Assembly (NCBI GenBank): GCA_030532425.1
Contig: JAUNLD010000005.1
Coordinates: forward strand, 7,670-71,669
Source of the DNA: Lautropia sp.
Lineage (GTDB): Bacteria > Pseudomonadota > Gammaproteobacteria > Burkholderiales > Burkholderiaceae_E
Reading direction: 5' to 3'
Length of the DNA stretch: 64,000 nucleotides
Made by a program: the position numbers and the translations under genes. The notes under the pieces are model-generated. The model made no database searches. It had not been told where the DNA came from and saw only the letters and a list, made by a program, of their open reading frames with translations. Position 1 is the stretch's first letter, and the number at the start of each line of letters is the position of its first letter. Shown here piece by piece: positions 9,855-19,577 of this stretch.

Positions 9855-10808
9855 TCAGGCGTCGAGCGTGGCGGCTTCGGGGCGGGTGTGCTGGCCCAGG
9901 GGGGTGCCGACGGAGGACGGGGCCATCGGGGTGGTGGCCGACTGCGGGGGCACGCTGGCGGGCGGGGGGACGGAGGCGCTGCCTGCCGGGGTGAGCCCAT
10001 GGCCGTTGCTGCCAGGCATGATGGAGGGGGCCGTGGCGGCGGGGCTGGCGCCGGGGTGTGCACCGGACTGGGCAGGGGTGGCAGGTGCGGCGATGGTGGC
10101 AGGTGTGGTGGTGGAGGTGCCGGCCCCGGCCCCGGCTTCAGTGGGCGCCTGCTGGGCCTGGAAGGCACGCCAGGCGCGCTGCTGGGCGATGGCCTGCAGG
10201 TAGACCAGCTGTTCGGCGGCGTCGGCGTCGCGGCGATGGATGGCTTTCATCAGGGTGCGATATTCGGCCATCGACTGACGCAGGCGGTTTTCCTGGGGCG
10301 GCATCAGGGTGCGCACCATCTGCAGGAAGCGGCGCAGGTCGGTGATCGCGCGGGTCAGCCAGGGGTTGGCTGCCATCGCTTGCAGACGCCCGTGAAAGCG
10401 GTCGACGGCCTGATGGTAGTCGGCGACGCGCTGGGCCGTCACGGCCTGTTCGATCTGCTGGTGGTAGAGGTCGAGCTGGTCGATGTCGGCGGGCTGGGCG
10501 TTGCGCACGGCGTCGCCGGCGCAGCGGCTTTGCAGGAGCCCCAGCACCGGGAACAGCGCATCGACCTCGGCGCTGGCCAGTTCGATGACGAAGGCGCCCC
10601 GGCCGGGCACCAGCCGCACCAGGCCTTCGTGGGCCAGAACCTTGAGGGCTTCGCGCAGCGGCGTGCGCGATGTGCCCAGCCGGCTGGACAGGCCCAGTTC
10701 GTCGATCCGCTCGCCAGGGGGCAGGCTGCGGTCGTAGATCATCTCGCGCAGGCGGTCGGTGACTTCGACGTGAAGAGACGAACGGGAGATCTTGTCGTTG
10801 GTGTCCAT
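9855..10808 (-). CDS. GntR-family transcriptional regulator (HTH + FCD) with Pro/Ala-rich C-terminal tail
   Basis: LPPGERIDELGLSSRLGTSRTPLREALKVLAHEGLV HTH, followed by FCD-type FH...AANPWL. Confidence 0.9.
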   Translation of the reverse strand: MDTNDKISRSSLHVEVTDRLREMIYDRSLPPGERIDELGLSSRLGTSRTPLREALKVLAHEGLVRLVPGRGAFVIELASAEVDALFPVLGLLQSRCAGDAVRNAQPADIDQLDLYHQQIEQAVTAQRVADYHQAVDRFHGRLQAMAANPWLTRAITDLRRFLQMVRTLMPPQENRLRQSMAEYRTLMKAIHRRDADAAEQLVYLQAIAQQRAWRAFQAQQAPTEAGAGAGTSTTTPATIAAPATPAQSGAHPGASPAATAPSIMPGSNGHGLTPAGSASVPPPASVPPQSATTPMAPSSVGTPLGQHTRPEAATLDA

Positions 10809-11230
10809 GAGTTCGCTGAAATGGGCGCCGCAATGGGCAATGGCCCGGTTGGGGTGGTCGGAAGTGGCTGGCCTGCGGCATCTGCCTGTTCGTGGCCGGG
10901 CGGGTGTTCACGAACGGCTGGATGACGCGCACTGACGACGGCGCGCAGGCATCGGGCTGACCGGGTGCGAGCGGCAGTCAGGGGTGATCGGACGGGGAAG
11001 GGCCCAAGCCTGGGGGCCGGTGCGAGCGCCTGGCGTGGCCGGGAACTGCCAGCGGGGGCGGGGCCGGATCAGGCGTAATCGTGCATTCACCGCCGTGTCG
11101 GCCCTATTGTAATGTCGAGTGGGCGTCTTGCCGCGCCGTGAGGCGCGTGGATGTTGTTTGGAGCGTCTCCTGCATGCCCCGGGGGGCGCGGCGGGCTGGC
11201 AGTTGGCCCGGCAGTCGCTAGAATGCGGGG

Positions 11231-12934
11231 ATGCTTCCTGAACAATTGAACGAATTGCGCCAGCTTCTGGTGCAGAGTGCCGAGACGCTCGATCTCGACC
11301 CGGCGCTGGCCGCCGCCCTCAACCCTTCGCTGGAGCGGCCGCGGCAGGCGGGCCACGGTGATCTGGCCACGAATCTTGCCATGCAGCTGGCCCGCCCGCT
11401 GAAGCGTCCGCCGCGCGAGGTGGCGCAGCAGCTGGTGGCCGCCTTCATGGCGTTGCCGGCTGCCGCCCGGCTGGTCGAGCGGACCGAGATTGCCGGCCCC
11501 GGTTTCATCAACCTGTGGCTGACGCCGGCGGCACACCAGCAGGTGGTGCACGTGGTGCTGGCGCAGGGAGAGTCCTTTGGCCGACAGCCGGTGGGTGACA
11601 AGGCGGTGATGCTGGAGTTCGTGTCGGCCAACCCGACCGGGCCGCTGCATGTGGGGCACGGGCGCCAGGCGGCGCTGGGCGACGTGCTGGCGCGGCTGAT
11701 GGCCTCGCAGGGCTGGCGGGTGCATCGCGAGTTCTACTACAACGACGCCGGCCAGCAGATCAACAATCTGGCGCTGTCGGTGCAGGCGCGGGGCCGGGGC
11801 ATCGGCCCGGATGATCCGGCCTTTCCGGCCGATGGTTACCGCGGCGATTACATCCATGACATCGCCCGTGCCTTCGTGGCCCGCGAGACGGTGCAGGTGA
11901 CGGGGCAGGTGCCCGAGACGGCGAGCGGTGATCTGGATGATCTGGAGGCGGTGCGCCGCTTTGCGGTGGCGTGCCTGCGGCGCGAGCAGGATCTGGACCT
12001 GTCGGCCTTTGGCGTGACCTTCGATCACTACTTTCTCGAATCCTCGCTGTACACCGATGGCAAGGTGGAGGAAACGGTGGCGCGCCTGCAGGCGCAGGGC
12101 CACACCTTCGAGCAGGATGGCGCGCTGTGGTTGCGCACCACCGATTTTGGTGACGACAAGGACCGCGTGATGCGCAAGTCGGGCGGTGGATACACCTACT
12201 TCGTGCCGGACGTTGCCTATCACCTGGGCAAATGGCAGCGCGGCTTCGTGCATGCGATCAACATCCAGGGCTCGGATCACCACGGCACGGTGGCCCGGGT
12301 GCGGGCCGGCCTGCAGGCGCTGGATCTGGGCATTCCGCAAGGCTATCCCAGCTATGTGCTGCACAAAATGGTGCGGGTGGTGCGCGGAGGGGAAGAGGTG
12401 AAGATCTCCAAGCGGGCCGGCAGTTATGTCACGCTGCGCGACCTGATCGAGTGGTCGGGTGGCGGCGACGAGGTGCGCGGCCGTGATGCGGTGCGCTACT
12501 TCCTGATCTCGCGCAAGGGCGACACCGAGTTCACCTTCGATGTGGATCTGGCGCTGTCGCGCTCGGACGAGAATCCGGTCCATTACATTCAGTATGCGCA
12601 CGCCAGAATCTGCTCGATTCTGGCGCAGGGGGGCGAGGTGCCGGCCAGCGCACCGATCGGACGCCTGGTGGCGCCGTCGGAATATGCACTGATGGCGCGG
12701 ATGGCCGCTTTTCCGGCGATGCTGGCCGAGGCTGCGCGTGACCTGGCTCCCCATCAGCTTGCCTACTATCTGAAAGATCTTGCCGCCGACTTTCATGCGT
12801 TCTATAACGCCGAGCGCGTGCTGGTCGATGATGCCGACCTGCAGGCGGCCCGCCTGGCGCTGTTGCAGGCCGTGCGCACGGTACTGCGCTGCGGTCTGGC
12901 GCTGATCGGCATTTCTGCACCAGAGAGGATGTGA
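11231..12934 (+). CDS. argS: Arginine--tRNA ligase
   Basis: [26 protein letters not shown] (HIGH), KISKRAG (KMSK-like), [14 protein letters not shown]-terminal SAPERM. Confidence 0.98.
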   Translation: MLPEQLNELRQLLVQSAETLDLDPALAAALNPSLERPRQAGHGDLATNLAMQLARPLKRPPREVAQQLVAAFMALPAAARLVERTEIAGPGFINLWLTPAAHQQVVHVVLAQGESFGRQPVGDKAVMLEFVSANPTGPLHVGHGRQAALGDVLARLMASQGWRVHREFYYNDAGQQINNLALSVQARGRGIGPDDPAFPADGYRGDYIHDIARAFVARETVQVTGQVPETASGDLDDLEAVRRFAVACLRREQDLDLSAFGVTFDHYFLESSLYTDGKVEETVARLQAQGHTFEQDGALWLRTTDFGDDKDRVMRKSGGGYTYFVPDVAYHLGKWQRGFVHAINIQGSDHHGTVARVRAGLQALDLGIPQGYPSYVLHKMVRVVRGGEEVKISKRAGSYVTLRDLIEWSGGGDEVRGRDAVRYFLISRKGDTEFTFDVDLALSRSDENPVHYIQYAHARICSILAQGGEVPASAPIGRLVAPSEYALMARMAAFPAMLAEAARDLAPHQLAYYLKDLAADFHAFYNAERVLVDDADLQAARLALLQAVRTVLRCGLALIGISAPERM

Positions 12935-13560
12935 TGCTTAGCAAGAATGTCTGTGCCCGTCGCCTGGCGTCCGGCCCTCATCGTCAGCAGGGGGGGACCC
13001 TGGCCGGCCTGCTGGTGGGCGTGGTGCTGGGAATGGCCGTCGCGGCCGGTACCGCCTATGTCGTCTATCAGCAGGAGCTGCCCTTCATCTCGGCCCGTCC
13101 CACCGGCAAGCCGGTGGGCAGCGAGCTGCCGATGGTGCCCGAGACGCCCGCGCCGGCGGTACCGGTCCAGGGCAATGCCTTGCCCGACCCCAACAAGGGT
13201 GGCACCCGTCAGCAGGTGTTGCCGCAGCTCGACCGTCAGGGAGGCCTGCCGTCGAACCCGGTCTCAACCGTGGATGTGGCTCCGGAAGAAGCGGCGGCAC
13301 AGGCAACGGCTCCCGCGGCCGCGGGGAGCAGCGGCTACCAGCTGCAGGCGGGCTCCTTCCGCCGGGCCAACGAGGCTGAAGCGCTGAAATTGCGCCTGGC
13401 CCTGCAAGGGCTGGAGGCCCGGGTCGAATCGGCCAGGGTCAATGGGCAGGTGGTGTTCCGCGTGCGGGTTGGCCCCTATGCCTCGCTGGATGAAGCCAAC
13501 CAGGTGCGCCGTGCCCTGAGCCAGGAGCAGATCGACGCGGCGCTGATCCGGCCGCGCTGA
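12931..13560 (+). CDS. SPOR-domain cell-division protein (FtsN-like)
   Basis: N-terminal TM ([14 protein letters not shown]), Pro-rich linker, C-terminal SPOR (YQLQAGSF...RVRVGPY). Overlaps the argS stop, in the argS-SPOR-dsbA order. Confidence 0.88.
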   Translation: MMLSKNVCARRLASGPHRQQGGTLAGLLVGVVLGMAVAAGTAYVVYQQELPFISARPTGKPVGSELPMVPETPAPAVPVQGNALPDPNKGGTRQQVLPQLDRQGGLPSNPVSTVDVAPEEAAAQATAPAAAGSSGYQLQAGSFRRANEAEALKLRLALQGLEARVESARVNGQVVFRVRVGPYASLDEANQVRRALSQEQIDAALIRPR

Positions 13561-13797
13561 GCGCCGTTCGTCGGCTGGTGCGGGCCGCTGGGGCGCCGCA
13601 GGCGTGCATGGATGGCATCATCTGCCCCGGGCGGTCAACCGGGTACTCGTGCACGTCGTTGGGTCTTCAATCGCCTGTGTGTTCGTGCGGCAGGTAGGAT
13701 CGGCCCTTCAGACGGGCTTGCCGCCTGCGCGCTCCCAAGCGCCGGCTCATCATCGCCAGGGGCGAAGGCTGGCCCGAATTTTTCAGGAATATCGTTC

Positions 13798-14448
13798 ATG
13801 AATCGTCAGCAGTTCCTTTCCGTCCTTCTGGCCGGCGTCATCGGTACCGGCCTTGGTCTGGGTGCCTCCACGTCGGTGCAGGCCCAGGTCAACGACAAGA
13901 CCTTCGTGACCATGCCACGCGCCATCCCGACCGAGGTGCCTGCCGGCAAGATCGAGGTGCTGGAATTCTTCTGGTATGGCTGCCCGCATTGCTATTCGCT
14001 GGAGCCTTACATCGACAGCTGGCTGAAGAAGCAGCCCGAGGATGTGGTTTTCCGCCGTGTGCATGTGCCTTTCTTCGGGCAGCCGCATCAGCAGCTGTTC
14101 TTTACCCTGCAGGCGATGGGCCGGCAGGATGCACAGACCCGCACGCTGATCTTTGACGCGATCCAGAAACAGCGCAAGCCGCTGAAGACCGTCGACGAGA
14201 TGGTGGCGCTGCTGAAGCCGGCCGGCATCGATGCCAAGCAGTTTCAGGACACCTACAACTCGTTTGGCGTGAAGACGGCCATGCAGCGTGCCAACAAGCT
14301 GGCGACGGCCTATGGCCTGGAAGGCGTGCCGGTGCTGACGGTGGGGGGGCGCTATGTGACCAGCCCGTCCACGGCCGGGTCCAACCAGCAGGCGCTGACC
14401 GTCGTCGATGACCTGATCCGGCGCGTGCGCGAGCAGGCTGCCCGATAA
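13798..14448 (+). CDS. dsbA: Thiol:disulfide interchange protein DsbA
   Basis: EVLEFFWYGCPHCY (CPHC), cis-Pro loop GVP, signal peptide ending VQA; AGGA RBS. Confidence 0.95.
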   Translation: MNRQQFLSVLLAGVIGTGLGLGASTSVQAQVNDKTFVTMPRAIPTEVPAGKIEVLEFFWYGCPHCYSLEPYIDSWLKKQPEDVVFRRVHVPFFGQPHQQLFFTLQAMGRQDAQTRTLIFDAIQKQRKPLKTVDEMVALLKPAGIDAKQFQDTYNSFGVKTAMQRANKLATAYGLEGVPVLTVGGRYVTSPSTAGSNQQALTVVDDLIRRVREQAAR

Positions 14449-14451
14449 GCG

Positions 14452-15297
14452 ATGTCTGCAGTGGATGCCCGGCCCGCCACGCCGGCGGCTGACGCGGATG
14501 CAGGCCGGCGCATCGTCATCACGGGGGCTTCCAGCGGCCTGGGGCAGGCGCTGGCGCGCGAACTGGCGGCGCGCTTTCCCGGCAGCACGATGCTGCTGCT
14601 GGGACGTCGTCTGCCGCGCCTGCACGAACTGGCGGCCAGCCTGCCGGGTATCACGGCCGTCTGTGACAGCGTCGACGTGACCGACACGACACGGCTGACG
14701 CAGGTGTGCCAGGCTTTTGTGCAGGCCCACGGGGCGCCTGACCTCGTCATTGCCTCGGCCGGCATCAGTGCCGGCACCCTCACCGACGAGAAAGAGGATC
14801 GCGCCGTCTTCGAGCGGATCCTTGCCGTCAACGTGCAGGGAACTTTCGACACCTTTGCGCCCTTTCTGCCGGCCATGAAGACGGCAGGCCGTGGCACGCT
14901 GGTGGGCATTGCCAGCGTGGCGGGGGTGCGTGGCCTGCCCGGCTCGGGCGCCTACAGCGCCAGCAAGGCTGCCGTTGCGGTCTATCTGGAAAGCCTGCGG
15001 CTGGAAATGCGCGCCCACGGCATTGCGGTCGTCACGATCTCGCCCGGTTTCATCGACACCGAGATGACGCGCGGCAATCCCTATCACATGCCCTTCCTGA
15101 TGCCGGCGGCCGAGTTTGCCCGCCGGGCGGTTGATGCCATCCTGGCACGCAAGCGCCGTACCGTCATCCCGTGGCAGATGGGCTGGGTGGCACGCCTGTT
15201 GCGGATCCTGCCGGCGGCTTCGTATGACTACCTGTTTGCCGATTCGCCCCGCAAGCCGCGGCAGCCTGCGCTGGGGCGCAAGACTGATGAGCATTGA
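14452..15297 (+). CDS. Short-chain dehydrogenase/reductase
   Basis: ITGASSGLG, YSASK catalytic motif, PGFIDTEM. Confidence 0.93.
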   Translation: MSAVDARPATPAADADAGRRIVITGASSGLGQALARELAARFPGSTMLLLGRRLPRLHELAASLPGITAVCDSVDVTDTTRLTQVCQAFVQAHGAPDLVIASAGISAGTLTDEKEDRAVFERILAVNVQGTFDTFAPFLPAMKTAGRGTLVGIASVAGVRGLPGSGAYSASKAAVAVYLESLRLEMRAHGIAVVTISPGFIDTEMTRGNPYHMPFLMPAAEFARRAVDAILARKRRTVIPWQMGWVARLLRILPAASYDYLFADSPRKPRQPALGRKTDEH

Positions 15298-16702
15298 GCC
15301 CCCGGGCGTGCGGCGCATCGTCCTGGTGCTGGCCGTGGTGATGGCCGGGCTGTCGGCCGGTTGTGCCACACGGGCCAGCAAGGCCGGCGGCTACTATCTG
15401 GATGACGGGCCGGGCAAGGTGGACCCGCGCAGGCTGGCCCGGCTGATGAAGACGCCCGATCCGGTGCCGGTGCCCGAAAAGCTGCGGGCGCGTGCCAACC
15501 GCCCCTACAAGGTGATGGGCCAGCATTTCGTGCCGATGACCGAGCGCCGGCCCTATCGGCAGCAGGGCGTGGCCTCGTGGTACGGGCAGCGTTTTCATGG
15601 CAAGCCCACCGCCCTGGGTGAAACCTACGACATGTATGGGATGACGGCGGCGCATCCGACGCTGCCGCTGCCCAGTTATGTGCGGGTGCGCAACCTGGAG
15701 AACGGCCGCAGCGTGGTGGTGCGCGTCAATGACCGGGGCCCCTTTCTGCGTGGGCGCCTGATCGACCTCTCTTTCCTGGCGGCCAGCAAGCTGGATTACG
15801 TGAAGCAGGGCCATGCCCGCGTCGAGGTCGAGCTGCTGGACCCGGGCGCAGGCACGAAGCCGCCCCCGCGGCAGCCGGCCGGAGGGCAGCGGGCCGCTGC
15901 CCTGGCCGCTTCGGCATCTGCTGCTACTCCGCTTGTATCAAGTGTTGAAGCCGCAAATGATGCAAGTAAGCGCTTGCAAATGTTATCTGGAAAGACACGG
16001 CGTGCCGATGCCGGGGGGATGAAGGCTCCGGCCGATGACACTGGGCAGGCGGTGGACACGGCAGCAGACAGGGCAACAGGCAAGGCAGCGGAAAAGGCGG
16101 AACGGATGGACGCGCCGCTGACCCCGCAGGTGCCGGCGAGCCACGCTGGCGACGGCGCTGCGGCATCGCCCGTGCGCTTTGGCCCGGCCCGGCAGCGGAC
16201 CGTCAACGGTCAGCTGGTCTTCGAGGGCTGGGGGGCCGAGCACGAAGAACCCGAGGCCGTGCGGCGCATCGATCTGGGGGCGGATGCGCCCGTCAGCGCC
16301 GGGGCGCATGCAGGCGGCAAAGGTGGTGCCGAGGCGGCCGGGACGGCCGGGCCAGGCCCGTTGCCTGCTGGGCAGGTGTCGGCCAGCCCACAGGAAGAGG
16401 GCAGGAATGCCGCCAGAACCAGGGCCCAGGCAAACCCTCGCACAACAATCCGGCCGCAAGAGCGCCCGGGCGCCGGCTGGTATCTGCAACTGGGGGTGTT
16501 CCGCCAGATGGAGAACGCGTTGCGGGTGCAGCGCGAGCAGCAGGCCAATGGGCAGGCGGGTGATCCACCGGTTGACGTGGCGCAGCGCAACGACCGTTAT
16601 GTCGTCCAGCTGGGCCCCTATGCGAGCGAGGCGGAAGCGCGTGCGTCGGCTGCCGTCATCGCCGGGCGCACAGGTCAGCATCCACCCATCAGGAAACGCT
16701 GA
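15287..16702 (+). CDS. rlpA: Septal ring lytic transglycosylase RlpA (lipoprotein, DPBB + long linker + SPOR)
   Basis: Lipobox SAGC, GVASWYG, MTAAHPTLPLPSYVRV, RVNDRGPF, IDLS, C-terminal SPOR WYLQLGVF. Confidence 0.93.
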   Translation: MSIEPPGVRRIVLVLAVVMAGLSAGCATRASKAGGYYLDDGPGKVDPRRLARLMKTPDPVPVPEKLRARANRPYKVMGQHFVPMTERRPYRQQGVASWYGQRFHGKPTALGETYDMYGMTAAHPTLPLPSYVRVRNLENGRSVVVRVNDRGPFLRGRLIDLSFLAASKLDYVKQGHARVEVELLDPGAGTKPPPRQPAGGQRAAALAASASAATPLVSSVEAANDASKRLQMLSGKTRRADAGGMKAPADDTGQAVDTAADRATGKAAEKAERMDAPLTPQVPASHAGDGAAASPVRFGPARQRTVNGQLVFEGWGAEHEEPEAVRRIDLGADAPVSAGAHAGGKGGAEAAGTAGPGPLPAGQVSASPQEEGRNAARTRAQANPRTTIRPQERPGAGWYLQLGVFRQMENALRVQREQQANGQAGDPPVDVAQRNDRYVVQLGPYASEAEARASAAVIAGRTGQHPPIRKR

Positions 16703-16757
16703 CATTTAACGTATGTAAGCGCTTGCTTACGGTCTTTGCCAGGGAAATCAGGCTTTT

Positions 16758-17699
16758 TCAATCGGCACGGGCGTGGGCCTGATAGAGCAGGTCGGCCGTG
16801 TCACCGCTGATGCGGGCCGCCAGCTTGGCCGCCTTGCGCGGAGGCAGTGCTTCGGAGAGGATCTGCATCGCCTGAAGGCCCAGTGCGCTGGCCTGGGGGG
16901 CAGCGGCATCGTCGCCAGCCTCGCCGCGCACGGGGGGATCGAAGATCAGGAGCGCAAACTCGCCGCGCCGGTGGTTGGCATCGGCGGCCAGCCAGGCCGG
17001 CAGTTCGGCCAGTGGCAGACGCACGATCTGCTCGAAGCGCTTGGTCAGTTCGCGGCCGATGGCCACGGTGCGTGTGGGTTCCAGGGCGGCCAGCAGGGCA
17101 TCGGCCAGTGCCTCGATGCGGTGGGGGGCCTCGAACAGCAGGAAGGGCTGGCCACTGGCCGCCAGCGTACGCAGGCGTTCGTCGCGCTGCCGGGTACGGG
17201 TGGGCAGGAAGCCTTCAAAGAAAAAGCGGCCGCCGGGCAGGCCCGCGGCGCTGAGCAGGGTGGTGGTGGCGCTGGGGCCGGGAATGGGCACGACCGGGAT
17301 GCCGGCTGCGTGCGCACTGGCCACCAGCTGGGCGCCGGGGTCGCTGATGCCGGGGGTGCCGGCATCGCTGATGAGGGCCACGGAGGCGCCGCCACGTACC
17401 CGGTCGAGGATGCGTTCGGCCTGATGGCTTTCGTTGTGGGCATGCAGGGCCAGGCAGCGGGCGTTGCCGATACCCAACGATTGCAGCAGTGGCCGGCTGC
17501 TGCGTGTGTCCTCGGCGGCAATCCATGTCACCGATCGCAACGTGCGGGCCGCACGACTGCTGATATCTTCAAGGTTTCCGATGGGAGTGGCCACTACATA
17601 TAATGCAGCAGCAAGGCTGGGATGCCGCGTATCGGCATCGTCGGCAGCGGCCTGCGTCCCGTCGGGGGCCACCGGGTCAGCGAACTGGCAAGAGGACAT
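16758..17699 (-). CDS. rsmI: 16S rRNA (cytidine1402-2'-O)-methyltransferase
   Basis: LYVVATPIGNLEDI, AAEDTR, ISDAGTPGISDPG, FFEGFLP, RELTKRFE. Start uncertain (ATG 17699 or GTG about 17673). Confidence 0.95.
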   Translation of the reverse strand: MSSCQFADPVAPDGTQAAADDADTRHPSLAAALYVVATPIGNLEDISSRAARTLRSVTWIAAEDTRSSRPLLQSLGIGNARCLALHAHNESHQAERILDRVRGGASVALISDAGTPGISDPGAQLVASAHAAGIPVVPIPGPSATTTLLSAAGLPGGRFFFEGFLPTRTRQRDERLRTLAASGQPFLLFEAPHRIEALADALLAALEPTRTVAIGRELTKRFEQIVRLPLAELPAWLAADANHRRGEFALLIFDPPVRGEAGDDAAAPQASALGLQAMQILSEALPPRKAAKLAARISGDTADLLYQAHARAD

Positions 17700-18783
17700 G
17701 ATGCAGCGTCGAAATTGGATCAAGGGAAGCATGGCGGCCACGGGGGCCGCGGTGGCGACAGCCGCCGGCTGGCCGGGCCTGGCCCGTGCGCAGACGGAAC
17801 TCAACCGGATCGGCTTATTGTTACCCAAGTCCGGGCAGGCGTTCGGTCGTGCCTCGGCTGCCTTGCGCGCCGGTGTCGAGACGGCCTTTCGGCGCAAATC
17901 GGCCGGCTATGCCATCGACATCTACGAGACCGATGAAAGCCCCAAGCAGCTGACGGCGGCCTACGAAGGGATGATGCGGCGCGGCACCTCGCTGGTGATC
18001 GGGCCGCTGACCCGCAACGGCACTGCCGCGCTGGCGGGCTTTGCCGAAGTGCCCATCACCACCCTGGCCCTGAACCAGTTCGAGGGCGATGGCAGCGTGC
18101 CCTGGAACGTGCTGGTCTTCTCGATCGGCGCCGAGCAGGAGGCGCTGGATGTGGCCGACCAGGCTTTCCAGCGGATGCGCAAGCGTGCCAGTGCCGGTGA
18201 CAAGGCGCCCAAGGCCGTCATCATCACCGCGGCCAACCAGATCGGCCGGCGGGCGGCCAGCGTCTTTCATGCGCACTGGCTGGCCCTGGGGGGCGAGGCC
18301 GATCTGCCGATCGAGCTGGAGGAAAGCGCCCTCTACAAGTTTCGGGGCGTGGCCAAAAAAGAACAGGGAGACCTGTACTTCCTGTCGATGCCTCCGCATC
18401 TGGCCCGGCCGGTGCGGATGATTATCGGCCGCGACAAGATTGTCTACGGCACCTCGCAGATCTCGGTCGGTGGGCCGGGGGCCCGCCAGCAGATCCGCGA
18501 ACTGGACGGGGTGCGCCTGGTGGAGATGCCGGCCATCATCCAGCCCAACAGCTATGGTGCCTTTGGCTATGCGCCGCCACCCGAGGACTTCAGCCTGGAG
18601 ATGCAGCGTCTCTATGCCCTGGGCATCGATGCGATGCGGGTGGGCCGCGAGATGTTCGATGGCGCTTCCACCATCGACATCCGTGGCCTGACCGGTCATC
18701 TGCGCTATGACGGCAACTATCCGGTGCTGGAACGCCGCCTGGTGCCGGCTGAATACAAGAATGGCGTGCCGATGGCCGTCTGA
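17698..18783 (+). CDS. LppC/LpoA C-terminal-domain-like penicillin-binding protein activator with Tat-like signal
   Basis: RIGLLLPKSG, LVIGPLTR, TLALN, RLYALGIDA, GLTGHL motifs; position between rsmI and yraN as for lpoA; signal MMQRRNWIK...ARA; AGAGGA RBS. Confidence 0.8.
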   Translation: MMQRRNWIKGSMAATGAAVATAAGWPGLARAQTELNRIGLLLPKSGQAFGRASAALRAGVETAFRRKSAGYAIDIYETDESPKQLTAAYEGMMRRGTSLVIGPLTRNGTAALAGFAEVPITTLALNQFEGDGSVPWNVLVFSIGAEQEALDVADQAFQRMRKRASAGDKAPKAVIITAANQIGRRAASVFHAHWLALGGEADLPIELEESALYKFRGVAKKEQGDLYFLSMPPHLARPVRMIIGRDKIVYGTSQISVGGPGARQQIRELDGVRLVEMPAIIQPNSYGAFGYAPPPEDFSLEMQRLYALGIDAMRVGREMFDGASTIDIRGLTGHLRYDGNYPVLERRLVPAEYKNGVPMAV

Positions 18784-19192
18784 GCCGTCTGCGGCAGCCG
18801 CTCCGGGAGGGCCGGGTGCCAGGCCGCGAGCTGTCGCCAGGGCGCCCACCCCGCGCCAGCGTAGTGGTGCGCGGGCCGAACAACGGGCCCGGGCGCATCT
18901 GGAGGCGGCTGGCCTGCGCTTCGTGGCAGCCAATGTCCGCTATCGGCTGGGCGAGGTCGATCTGGTGATGGCGGATGGGCCGGTGGCCGTCTTCGTCGAA
19001 GTGCGCAGCCGGCGCTCATCCGCCTTTGGCGGGGCTGCGGCCAGTGTCGATGGCCGCAAGCAGCTGCGTGTCCGCCGGGCTGCCCAATGCTGGTTGCAGG
19101 CGCGCCTGGGTGAACGCCCCTGGCCTCCCTGCCGTTTTGATGTGGTCGCCATCGAGGCCGGCCGCCTGCACTGGCTGAAGAACGCCTTCTGA
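18761..19192 (+). CDS. yraN: YraN family protein (UPF0102)
   Basis: GARAEQRA, NVRYRLGEVDLVM, VFVEVRSR, CRFDVVAI, WLKNAF. Start uncertain. Confidence 0.92.
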   Translation: MACRWPSEPSAAAAPGGPGARPRAVARAPTPRQRSGARAEQRARAHLEAAGLRFVAANVRYRLGEVDLVMADGPVAVFVEVRSRRSSAFGGAAASVDGRKQLRVRRAAQCWLQARLGERPWPPCRFDVVAIEAGRLHWLKNAF

Positions 19193-19577
19193 TCCCCGGG
19201 CATGCACCGGGGCCTCGTGTCCTTGCGGGGCTCCGGGCACGAACCGTGCCTCGTGTTCCTGCGGCGCCGGCGTCCCCGATCGGCCGCCACCGTGCGAGGG
19301 CCTGCGCCTTGCAGACATCGCCCAGCCGCACAGGCAGTGTGCTTCTGCCCCCGTGTTCACGGCGGGCTGGGCCACGAGCGTGGGCGGCGTGCATTGCTGG
19401 CCCGCCGCGGGTGCCCTGCGGACCAGACGGCGTGTTGCGGTTTTTACGTAACGTTGGCTACAAGTTGTCCGGCGTTTCAGGCCAAAAACGGGCGAAGACG
19501 CGCAGCGCTTCTATAATCGGCGCAACTTCAGCCTATTTGTGTGGCGCAGATGGCGCCCTGCTCCGGAGAGTGTCCCG

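Noticed and set aside
13798-13830. Tat signal on DsbA (MNRQQFL)
   Set aside because: Only one Arg at the twin-arginine position, so it is treated as an ordinary Sec/SRP signal.
19202-19516. ORFs in the yraN-BON gap as a gmhA/diaA pseudogene
   Set aside because: None of the supplied frames shows SIS-domain motifs such as GNGGS or STSGNS.
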